DNA of 64,000 nucleotides from a virus: UHGV virus genome UHGV-0026213; one strand, 5' to 3'. Shown piece by piece: positions 56,120 to 64,000 of this stretch (position 1 is its first letter; each line of letters starts with the position of its first letter). The notes under the pieces were generated by a model. It saw only the letters and a program-made list of their open reading frames with translations, ran no database searches and was not told where the DNA came from. The position numbers and the translations under genes were made by a program.

Positions 56120-57026
56120 TTGCCGCCCCTCTATTACGCCCTGCCATCACCACACGACGAATATATTCGTACGCCTCTACACCGATAGAGAAGGCCAGTT
56201 GGTTACATCCCGATTCCAGAACGTTAGGCGCATTCTGGAGTTGGTGCTCACCGCCGTCTGCATTAATCCAAAGACTTTCGCTGCAAACGTTACACCCTTC
56301 TTCAAACACTTTACTTACCGTAAAGCCGCATTCACGACTATTTACTACATTCAGTCGTTCAATGTTGTCCTGAACCTGATAGTAGCCGTAAATAAAGTTC
56401 ATGACGTGGTCAGGCGATAAAGGTTTTGGCATTTTCGCATCTAAGAGTAACGTCATTGCACGGAAACCGTAATGGTAAATCGCGCTGTGCAGCTGAATAA
56501 TATCTTCGTGCCAGCGTTTGTCCCCTAAACGGTCCCGTGTCAGGACACCCCAAGTCTGGACATTATCCAGCTCGTAGATCGTTTCCAGTGCTTCGTAACA
56601 GCCTTCGTCAATAAAGCGCATAAACGGGCGCTCAGACGACTTAAACCCATCGATGCTAACGTAGACATTGTCAAACTGTTTTAGCAACGGGAGATGCGAT
56701 TTACGCATCTTTAAGCCATTGGTATACAACTGGTGTTTGAGTTCTGGACGAATCACTTTTAATTCGTCAACAAACGCCTCAATTTTACGGGTTGCCAGTA
56801 ATGGCTCACCACCCGTCCACTGAATTTCGGTAATGGTTGGATTAGCTTCCAGCGCTTCCAAAATTCGTTCACGTTGAAACTCTCGCGGAGAATCTTCACG
56901 ATTCATGTAATAGGCTCCACCGCAGAAGCTACAGTCCAGGTTACACTTGGACGTAGCGACTACGGACAATACGGTGGGTTTATCGTATAAACGATTCGAT
57001 AACCTTGGTTCTGCATTGGTTGTCAT
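56103..57026 (-). CDS. radical SAM enzyme (second maturase-like protein)
   Basis: N-terminal SKCNLDCSFCGG (CX3CX2C); WTGGEPLL SAM-binding motif; C-terminal CGF...GCNVCSES...GC partial Cys cluster. Confidence 0.7.
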   Translation of the reverse strand: MTTNAEPRLSNRLYDKPTVLSVVATSKCNLDCSFCGGAYYMNREDSPREFQRERILEALEANPTITEIQWTGGEPLLATRKIEAFVDELKVIRPELKHQLYTNGLKMRKSHLPLLKQFDNVYVSIDGFKSSERPFMRFIDEGCYEALETIYELDNVQTWGVLTRDRLGDKRWHEDIIQLHSAIYHYGFRAMTLLLDAKMPKPLSPDHVMNFIYGYYQVQDNIERLNVVNSRECGFTVSKVFEEGCNVCSESLWINADGGEHQLQNAPNVLESGCNQLAFSIGVEAYEYIRRVVMAGRNRGAANEPSK

Positions 57027-57047
57027 TGCAGGTGACTCCGGTCGTTT

Positions 57048-57947
57048 TTAAATATAATCAATGGCGAACAAAGGATCGTCGTCTACGTTAGCACCAGGGG
57101 TTAACAAGAATGGAGAGTTATACGCTTCCAAAATACGGTTAAGGTCTTTATAACGGACATTTAAACGTTCTAAATCCGCTAACGTTACGTTACGGTCCAA
57201 CACCGCCGACACTGCTGCTTTCTCTTCGTCAGTTAACGTGACTTTCGTCATTAAGAAACTAACGAGTTTTGCCAGATCCGCTTCTGTTGACGGATGCTCG
57301 CCAATACGTGTTTGAATCAAATGCTGCATCCAAGGCTTACGGATGCGTTTTGTGATTTCGTGTTCATCCGTCAGGGCAATCCACACGGAACGTTCACGAT
57401 CCCACACGAACTTATAGCTATACGCCATTAAATCCGCTAAGCAATTAATCCCTAACGCTTCGTACCCTTCAATTTCGATATACGATTCCGTATCGAAATA
57501 GTTCTTCGTTTCTGGTGTTACCAGGGTAAAGAAATACGGGAACGAGCCTAAGTAATCCGGCGACCACCAACGACGGGCAACTGGTTTTGCGCCCATTTCT
57601 TCAAATGGGGTAAAGAACAATTCCATATCTACGGAGTTATTCAAAATCCCGTCACTAAAGAAATATTTACCCGCAACCAGTTTACCACGCAACTCGGAGT
57701 CACCGGTAAAGACCACTACACTTTCTGCCGTCAGATCACGAATCTTAAACGTATTTTCTACACGATAGTTTTTACGATCGGTAAAGAAACGTCCGCGCAC
57801 TTTAGGCCATTCGCCCGGCAACTGAGTCAGCAGACGAACTTCATCTGCTAAGTGTGCACGTACGGAATCAGGGGAAGAAATGTGAAGTGGATGATTGAAA
57901 ATTGTTTTGTACGCTAAATGTAAATCATTCTTCATTGATTGCTCCAT
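57048..57947 (-). CDS. hypothetical protein (299 aa) in the rSAM/Cys-rich cluster
   Basis: Sits between the precursor-like genes and the rSAM genes on the same strand; no recognisable motif. Confidence 0.6.
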   Translation of the reverse strand: MEQSMKNDLHLAYKTIFNHPLHISSPDSVRAHLADEVRLLTQLPGEWPKVRGRFFTDRKNYRVENTFKIRDLTAESVVVFTGDSELRGKLVAGKYFFSDGILNNSVDMELFFTPFEEMGAKPVARRWWSPDYLGSFPYFFTLVTPETKNYFDTESYIEIEGYEALGINCLADLMAYSYKFVWDRERSVWIALTDEHEITKRIRKPWMQHLIQTRIGEHPSTEADLAKLVSFLMTKVTLTDEEKAAVSAVLDRNVTLADLERLNVRYKDLNRILEAYNSPFLLTPGANVDDDPLFAIDYI

Positions 57948-58084
57948 TTATTTCACGGTCAAACGGACATTCAGGGTATAGAACCCACCGCGCCATTGCC
58001 TACCGGTGACTTGAAACTCAGTAGTAAACCCGTACGATTAACTCGGTTATTGCGTAATAGACATACTACCACTGGAGGGCTTAG

Positions 58085-58291
58085 TTACCTTCCCCCCGCA
58101 CCTTTACTACAGCTACCACTGCACGACCAGCTACATCCACCGTTACAGTTATAATGGCTTAAAGGTAAACCGGCAAGGTTGTTGGTTGAAGACACGGTGC
58201 CTTGGTTTGCAATATAGTTGTTTGCGTTAGCGGTCGTAATATACCCTTCCGCTGTTACTAACCGATCACGAAGGTTCTTAAGGCTAATCAC
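58085..58291 (-). CDS. Cys-rich precursor-like peptide 3 (short core)
   Basis: Track ORF runs to 58321 (TTG); GTG at 58291 lies 5 nt after GGGAGG and gives MISLKNLRDRLV..., aligning with the leaders of the other two; core NCNGGCSWSCSGSCSKGAGGR. Confidence 0.5.
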   Translation of the reverse strand: MISLKNLRDRLVTAEGYITTANANNYIANQGTVSSTNNLAGLPLSHYNCNGGCSWSCSGSCSKGAGGR

Positions 58292-58293
58292 AA

Positions 58294-58692
58294 TTACCTC
58301 CCAGAACACCCACCAGAACAACTACCTGAGCAGCCTGCAGAACAGTTTCCTACACACGAGTTAGAACAACTCCCCGTACAGCTTCCTGAACAGCCACCAG
58401 AACAGGTATTCGAACATCCACTACAGCCTGCACTACAACCTGATACACAGTTTGCAGAACAGGAAGAACCACAGCCGCCTGATGCGTTCCCCGTACAACC
58501 ACCAGAACAGCTCGAACAGGTCCAGCTACAGCTCCCACCACAGTCATAGTGGTTGCGAGCTTGTCCACCGAATAAGTCTGCGTTGTTCGTCGCTTTCCCA
58601 CGAATATAGTTTTGTACTGCACCCGTATTCTTCAATGCAGTGTTGTCAATGTTATTTAGCCGCGCTTGTAGCGCAGGTAATCCAATTGCCAT
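58294..58692 (-). CDS. Cys-rich precursor-like protein 2 (leader plus about 20-Cys core)
   Basis: ATG after AAGAGGTG; N-terminal 50 aa without Cys, then DCGGSCSWTCSSCSGGCTG... with CxxxC periodicity and only G, S, T, A, N or V between. Confidence 0.65.
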   Translation of the reverse strand: MAIGLPALQARLNNIDNTALKNTGAVQNYIRGKATNNADLFGGQARNHYDCGGSCSWTCSSCSGGCTGNASGGCGSSCSANCVSGCSAGCSGCSNTCSGGCSGSCTGSCSNSCVGNCSAGCSGSCSGGCSGR

Positions 58693-58702
58693 TTTTCACC
58701 TC

Positions 58703-59098
58703 TTAGGTTGGGCCAGAACAGCCACCAGAGCAAGCACCAGAACAACCCGTAGAACAACGGCCCGAGCAAGCGCCCCCACAGGTCCCACTGCAACCTGAGC
58801 AGCCACCGGAACACGTTGAACTACATCCAGTACACTGGTTACCGCACGCGGATGAGCAGCTACCTACACACACTGACGTGCAGGTGCCCGAACAACTCGT
58901 ACAGCCATGCGTACAACCGTTTGAGCACGTCCAGCTACAGCTTCCCCCGCAGTCTAACCGACTTGGCGTCCAACCCGAAAAAGTGTCGGCGGCATTATGT
59001 GCTTTCGACGCAACTTGCGGATCAACACGTGGGCCAGTTGCCATTTGGTTCTCTACGTTGGTGATTCGGTCACGTACATTTTTAACACTGATCGCCAT
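58703..59098 (-). CDS. Cys-rich precursor-like protein 1 (leader plus about 21-Cys core)
   Basis: ATG (second Met of the track ORF) after AAGGA; leader MAISVKNVRDRITNVENQ...; core DCGGSCSWTCSNGCTHGCTSCSG... with CxxxC periodicity. Confidence 0.65.
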   Translation of the reverse strand: MAISVKNVRDRITNVENQMATGPRVDPQVASKAHNAADTFSGWTPSRLDCGGSCSWTCSNGCTHGCTSCSGTCTSVCVGSCSSACGNQCTGCSSTCSGGCSGCSGTCGGACSGRCSTGCSGACSGGCSGPT

Positions 59099-59165
59099 CA
59101 CGTATCCTTAAAATAAAAAAGAATGGAGGACTACGCCCATAAGCATAGTTCCTCCTGTAATAAAG

Positions 59166-60371
59166 TTATTTCGTACCCGCTTCTGCCTGAACGTCATCAC
59201 GGGACGTCAAGTTAGCGTTAACGTGTACTGGAGCCTGAACCACACCACCGTATTTCTTGTGGAGATAGCCTGTGTGTGGGTTATCTGCCGCAATATGGTT
59301 TTGTAGGTTCTGATTCGCCTGACTGATTGCGTTCGTGTTATTCGCAACCTGTTGTTTAAGCGCATCCAGGTTTTGTTGCAGATTATCAATTTTCTGATCG
59401 GACTCATTACCCCGCTGTTCTAACGCAGCAATGCGCTGAATCGCTTGATTGAGTTTGGTGCTCAGATCGTTGATATTTTTCTGTAACTGTAACACTAGCG
59501 AATTTAGGTTCGCCAATGCCAATGCCATTTTCTGGTAGTTTTGGGCAACGATGTTAAGTTGGTCGTTCCACGCTTCCAAAGATTTGACAACAGCATCAAT
59601 ACGTTTTCCTAACGCTTCGTCTGCTTTCTTCAACGCATTAATATCAGTAATGGTTGCATCGATGGCAGACTGCACATCACGGATCAGTGCACGGATCTCC
59701 GTTTCTGTTAACCCGTTAACCTGGTGAATATCCAGATGGTGGACGTTACCCGTGGCGTTAATGTGCGCGTTCAGTGCGTCCAGGAAATCGTTTTTCAGGC
59801 TTTCGAGAATCGCTTTGATGTTCTCAAGCTGTACAGCATCGCCCGCCGTTATCGCATCTTTAATGCCAGCGAGCACTGTAATGATATATTCGAAGCCGTA
59901 AATATCACCGACGTCTTTATACGTCGGTGCCGACGGAAATGTATCAGGAACATTTCGCAAGTCTTTAAAGCCAACAGTTCGATTATCGAGATTCAACTCA
60001 GCAATCGCCTGTTCTATCGCGGGCACGTTTGCCGACTGCGGACCCCCGACTACTTGCGCCGATACCGTGATATCGGTCGGAATCGCGGTGTTCGTTACAA
60101 CAACCGCCATTACTACTTCCCGGTTCTTCGTCAATTTCTCGTAAGCCTGGTGTGCAAAAATCAACTCATAGTCCGTTCCGCGCTCATACGTCGCATCTGG
60201 GCGGTTGGCAACCCGCAAGCGAAACGTATCAGCATAAAACGGTCCATCAGGAAAAGCAAACGCACGGTTAACTTTACCTGTACCTAACGTAACCTGACGC
60301 TCCACGGCGTTAGAGGTTAGGGTTCCCGTTAAATCTAAAGGGTATTGGTATACAATGGAGGCCATGGCCAC
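59166..60371 (-). CDS. tail fibre-like protein with long coiled coil
   Basis: 401 aa; central Q/L/N/A-rich heptads (about 200 aa); C-terminal NPHTGYLHKKYGG tip-like segment; adjacent to the large tail protein. Confidence 0.6.
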   Translation of the reverse strand: MAMASIVYQYPLDLTGTLTSNAVERQVTLGTGKVNRAFAFPDGPFYADTFRLRVANRPDATYERGTDYELIFAHQAYEKLTKNREVVMAVVVTNTAIPTDITVSAQVVGGPQSANVPAIEQAIAELNLDNRTVGFKDLRNVPDTFPSAPTYKDVGDIYGFEYIITVLAGIKDAITAGDAVQLENIKAILESLKNDFLDALNAHINATGNVHHLDIHQVNGLTETEIRALIRDVQSAIDATITDINALKKADEALGKRIDAVVKSLEAWNDQLNIVAQNYQKMALALANLNSLVLQLQKNINDLSTKLNQAIQRIAALEQRGNESDQKIDNLQQNLDALKQQVANNTNAISQANQNLQNHIAADNPHTGYLHKKYGGVVQAPVHVNANLTSRDDVQAEAGTK

Positions 60372-60405
60372 TCTCCTTAATCCGAGACGTCCTTGTCCCG
60401 TGGCG

Positions 60406-63400
60406 TTAAGATGTAAACATAAGATTGAACTGGAGCTTATCGATATCGCGCGTTTGTGCTGGGTTAACCGCGTCGTACGTGGTTGCCACGTAGACCGTTA
60501 ATGTCCCGTCAGCAAACGAAGTTTTCACCGGTGGCGTAGTCCCTGTCTGTCCATCAGTTACAATGACGACAGGTTGAGACGGGAGTTGATGGAACTGACC
60601 CTTAACCGCTTTATACACCAAACCAGATTGCGCTGCTAACTCCGTGTCGGTATAGACGATAAACGGCGTGTCGATATCTGTCTGTTTAATGACAGTGTTC
60701 GTCTCAACGTCAATCAGCTGAACAGCACCGAACTTCGTACGGTAGCTATCGTATTCATTTTTTGGAATGACAAACGTAGCATGTACACGGACTTCTTCGG
60801 CGGGCTTAAATCCGGCGTGTTCTTTTTCCAGATAGCTGTTAGCAGTTAACGTTACTGTCTGTTCAGTCATCGTACCACCAGACTGGTTTAACCCGTAACG
60901 AACTTGGGTTATACCTGTCGGAGCCGCAAGCCTGATTTTTAGTCTACGGTTAGCGGTACCAGGATCGCCTGGCACTCTAACACGCAGACTCATCGCCAGA
61001 TATGCTTTCGCACCGGTAGTCGGTTTCGTATACGCACCCAACCACTTCATATTCGCGGTTGCCGCTTGACTGTTCTCAGAAGCAGTAGCCGCTGCAACGT
61101 TCGCAGCAACCGCTTTCTGCCAGAACTGGTCAGCACAGTTCTCATACGCTACTCTACCGATACTTTTATAACCTGCGTAGGTTTCCTGTATCGGTAGCTT
61201 GGGTCGTGTTGTAACCCCGTTCAACGCATTCCATCTCTGACCATCGACATACCCTGCACCATTGCTCGCAGATGCCGTGGGGGCTTTCAGCGGTTGGTTA
61301 ACCAAGGTTTGGAGTGGACCCGTTTTTCGATCGTACGCCGCTGCAACGTCGTGCTGATCTCTAACGGCAGCGTGTTCTTCTAATTCACGAACCCTGCCTA
61401 GTCGTTTCACTTTATCGATGTTGATAGCAACTATGCGCTTTTTATCGGTTGTGACTGTACCAACAAATAATCGCGAAGTCGTATCAGGCAGCTTTTCCAG
61501 GCCGATCTGATATTGAGCTTTCGAACCTACAAGAGCAGCATGAACATAGAACGTCTGGTTAGCATGGTTTTCTGGGAATTCATTGCTTAAATCCACCGAC
61601 CACGTCGGTAATGTATAGCTATTACTACCGAAATCTAACCTGACCTCTTCCGTCAAGTATAGAATCCAACCTTCCGCGGTTTCCACGCCTGCGATAATAA
61701 CTGCCTGCCCCGCTGTTGAGAATGTGGTATCATTAACGAACTCTTCGACTGTGTATGCGTTACCTGAACAGAAAACGCGGTCAGCTTTAGAGAAAATTCG
61801 TGCCATCTTGTCCCAATTACCCGCACCCATGTAACAACCAGATTCTGGGTTGTGGGCAGGAGCCATCTGACGCAACTGTGACTTACCGGGAACGCGAGTC
61901 CAACCCGACCCTGGGTCGAAGGTGTACTTCGCAGCGTAACCCAAAGCATTTAGGTCCCCGATATTCCGTAATGTCAGCGTATAAGGTAGCCATAGACCGA
62001 AGTTTACACCGTCGGCAGAAGCAAAAATTGGCTGGCCTACACGTCGCGTTTTATTACCCGCTTCTTCCCTCAGAGACTGATTACTTAAGCCGTAATCAAG
62101 GTCTAAGAACCAATCTACCAGCTTAAAGGTTGCAGAGTTAAAACGTAGATAACCGTTTTCTTTAGTCGGACTCACCATGAAATAATAGATGTCGAGAACT
62201 CGACGTCCGTTACTCAAGATTTTCATGCATGAGACTTGTAATAAGTCGAACTCACAAACAGTGTTAATGCCTAGCAACCATAGCGCAAACAACGCGTTGC
62301 CGCTTTGGTGTGCTGCGCTGATGCGCTCGTTCGCGTAACCGTTTGCTTGGCCAGATGGTGCACCATCGACAATCATCCTAATCATTTTCTGGCGATCCGC
62401 TTCCTCTAACGTCAGCCGTTCTGATGACAGGGCAAAGTTACCGTAGATGTTCCGATATGGAAAGGTTTCCGCTTTCGTCAAATACCAACCATTTAACTGA
62501 CCGTGACGCTCCTCTGGAGTCATGCAAGCAGCCATACAGCTTAACTGTTCGTAAAGCGTCGGATCAACTTCTCGACGGTTGTTGTTCGGGCCATAACCGC
62601 CGTATCCCGGAACGTCATAAGGTTTACTTGGGTCAACTTCTACTTCGATCGTATAGCGGTTACGTGGATTGGATAGCCAAACCTTATTCGAACCACCAAT
62701 ACCGACAGGATGAGAAAGACCAATGGTATAGATAGAACCACGACCTTTATCCCAAGCAAATGATCCTTCACCTGAGGTATTGTTCGGGTTATCGTAACGC
62801 AAATAATCAAAAAGCTCTTTGCCTTGCGTCCCTTTAATAGTAACGCTTGGCATCTGGTCCGCATCGTTAATCTGCCAGCAGGAAAGCATCATTCCTGTGC
62901 CGTTGGGTTTAGCATACGTCGCAAAACAACGATTATTTGCTATACCGCCACCCCACTTACGACTGGTTTCTACAGTTGAGCCATCCGCGAACGATAGTCT
63001 GGTAGTATCAACTTTAAGTGGGAATCTCTCGGCACCCTCTAACGTAACTCTGCCCGTTAACGTATCGATTGTGAAACTTGTTGACCATTGACGGAAATTA
63101 ATCGTCGAACCGTCGGCTGCCGCAAACCACACGGTGGGTACATGGTTCACACGAATCACGCTGTCGCGGACCGCACAAGCATGGCTACACTCTGGACCGT
63201 GAACAAAGCTGTGACCGATTGTCCATTTAGCCCGTGCCTCTGGCGGGTAATACGTAAAGAACTGACCAGTCTGCGACTCTTCGGTCTTCTGACCAATTCG
63301 TAAACAGAGGTTATCTCCGAATTGCCCCATTTCTCCGGTTAGGGTTACACGTTCAAATTCTAACTCAGTATTGGTAGTCAAATCGGCTTTACGTAAACGC

Positions 63401-64000
63401 CATGCCGCCACGGCATAAGCAGCGTTATTTACCGTAGAACGAAGAAGATAAACGTGGTCGTCAACTAACACAACATCGTCAGCTTCTGGCCAAGGATTCC
63501 AGGTTTGTTCCACAGTACCGCTGGGGTTGCCATTACGGTATTTAGGCATTGTAACACGACATACCACCGTGTGTTTACTGTGGTCCATTGAACCATTGAA
63601 CAACACCAAATAACGGTTATTGTCAGAACCCAGACAAATAATCGCTTCCTGGCCACCGATCAAAATCGCTTTTAAGGTCACTCCAGGGTATTTACTCATC
63701 CCAACAGGATGGTATTTCACCGAAGTTTGCTGAGGGTTCACAAACGCATTCGACGTATTGATATCAGCATAACCGTAGTAAATCGCCTCTGTACCAGGCA
63801 CACCATTAGAAGCATTACGTAACGAATAAACTTTACCTTGCTGATAACCCACGACACCTTTCTGATAGGACTGGTTCTTTGTAAAGCCTGAATAATTACC
63901 GAGTGCCGGAATGGGTAAGAAGTTTTTGTTACCGAACTTCGCCCCACCGACAGTCCACGCAGGTAAGATGGTATTCAGTTTATCGGAAACCTTCTTGATC
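60406..64000 (-). CDS. large tail/baseplate-associated protein, 5'-partial (start lies beyond the window end)
   Basis: Track ORF begins at GTG 63852, but the frame stays open with no stop or start through 64000, so the gene is over 1190 aa and truncated by the window. Confidence 0.75.
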   Translation of the reverse strand, partial: IKKVSDKLNTILPAWTVGGAKFGNKNFLPIPALGNYSGFTKNQSYQKGVVGYQQGKVYSLRNASNGVPGTEAIYYGYADINTSNAFVNPQQTSVKYHPVGMSKYPGVTLKAILIGGQEAIICLGSDNNRYLVLFNGSMDHSKHTVVCRVTMPKYRNGNPSGTVEQTWNPWPEADDVVLVDDHVYLLRSTVNNAAYAVAAWRLRKADLTTNTELEFERVTLTGEMGQFGDNLCLRIGQKTEESQTGQFFTYYPPEARAKWTIGHSFVHGPECSHACAVRDSVIRVNHVPTVWFAAADGSTINFRQWSTSFTIDTLTGRVTLEGAERFPLKVDTTRLSFADGSTVETSRKWGGGIANNRCFATYAKPNGTGMMLSCWQINDADQMPSVTIKGTQGKELFDYLRYDNPNNTSGEGSFAWDKGRGSIYTIGLSHPVGIGGSNKVWLSNPRNRYTIEVEVDPSKPYDVPGYGGYGPNNNRREVDPTLYEQLSCMAACMTPEERHGQLNGWYLTKAETFPYRNIYGNFALSSERLTLEEADRQKMIRMIVDGAPSGQANGYANERISAAHQSGNALFALWLLGINTVCEFDLLQVSCMKILSNGRRVLDIYYFMVSPTKENGYLRFNSATFKLVDWFLDLDYGLSNQSLREEAGNKTRRVGQPIFASADGVNFGLWLPYTLTLRNIGDLNALGYAAKYTFDPGSGWTRVPGKSQLRQMAPAHNPESGCYMGAGNWDKMARIFSKADRVFCSGNAYTVEEFVNDTTFSTAGQAVIIAGVETAEGWILYLTEEVRLDFGSNSYTLPTWSVDLSNEFPENHANQTFYVHAALVGSKAQYQIGLEKLPDTTSRLFVGTVTTDKKRIVAINIDKVKRLGRVRELEEHAAVRDQHDVAAAYDRKTGPLQTLVNQPLKAPTASASNGAGYVDGQRWNALNGVTTRPKLPIQETYAGYKSIGRVAYENCADQFWQKAVAANVAAATASENSQAATANMKWLGAYTKPTTGAKAYLAMSLRVRVPGDPGTANRRLKIRLAAPTGITQVRYGLNQSGGTMTEQTVTLTANSYLEKEHAGFKPAEEVRVHATFVIPKNEYDSYRTKFGAVQLIDVETNTVIKQTDIDTPFIVYTDTELAAQSGLVYKAVKGQFHQLPSQPVVIVTDGQTGTTPPVKTSFADGTLTVYVATTYDAVNPAQTRDIDKLQFNLMFTS

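Noticed and set aside
54886-56420. Several plus-strand ORFs of 60-113 aa
   Set aside because: All lie antisense inside the two radical SAM genes, which carry clear CX3CX2C motifs.
58350-59111. Alternative-frame ORFs (both strands) within the Cys-rich genes
   Set aside because: Generated by the GC-rich, repetitive TGC/GGT/AGC codon content; the annotated frames have RBS sites and conserved leader/core organisation.
1-64000. tRNA, rRNA, CRISPR array, integrase, transposase or IS elements
   Set aside because: No cloverleaf-compatible tRNA-sized structured non-coding stretches, no direct-repeat/spacer arrays, and no recombinase motifs were seen; all repeats found are protein-coding or single homopolymer tracts.

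Overview
This window looks like part of a large virulent tailed phage of an enterobacterial host: densely packed genes, Shine-Dalgarno sites, E. coli-like codon usage in a few genes, and no tRNA, rRNA, CRISPR, integrase or transposase. Bases 1-51700 are almost entirely plus-strand, with one divergent 905-aa gene on the minus strand (5926-8643); 53600-64000 is a minus-strand tail module. All functional calls rest on motifs I recognised by eye, not on database searches. Recognisable functions include a RuvC-like resolvase, Dam methyltransferase, thymidylate kinase-like protein, DprA-like protein, three GNAT acetyltransferases, an XRE-type HTH regulator, an HslV-like Ntn hydrolase, a DUF488 protein, a GH108 endolysin plus an M15 peptidase, and a lipoprotein. 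The adsorption region holds a 1533-aa tail fibre with tandem repeats and a C-terminal intramolecular chaperone domain, two Gly-rich adhesin-like paralogues, and an esterase tailspike. The strongest candidate for a novel system is at 54797-59098: three tandem genes for leader-plus-Cys-rich-core proteins followed by two radical SAM enzymes, one SPASM-type, embedded among tail-fibre genes, which reads as a RiPP-like maturation cluster. Second is the esterase tailspike, whose conserved N-terminal anchor is in a different frame across a G9 tract, with a G10 tract in a nearby promoter-like spacer. Several paralogous gene families and a conserved intergenic promoter/operator-like motif (six copies) are also present.
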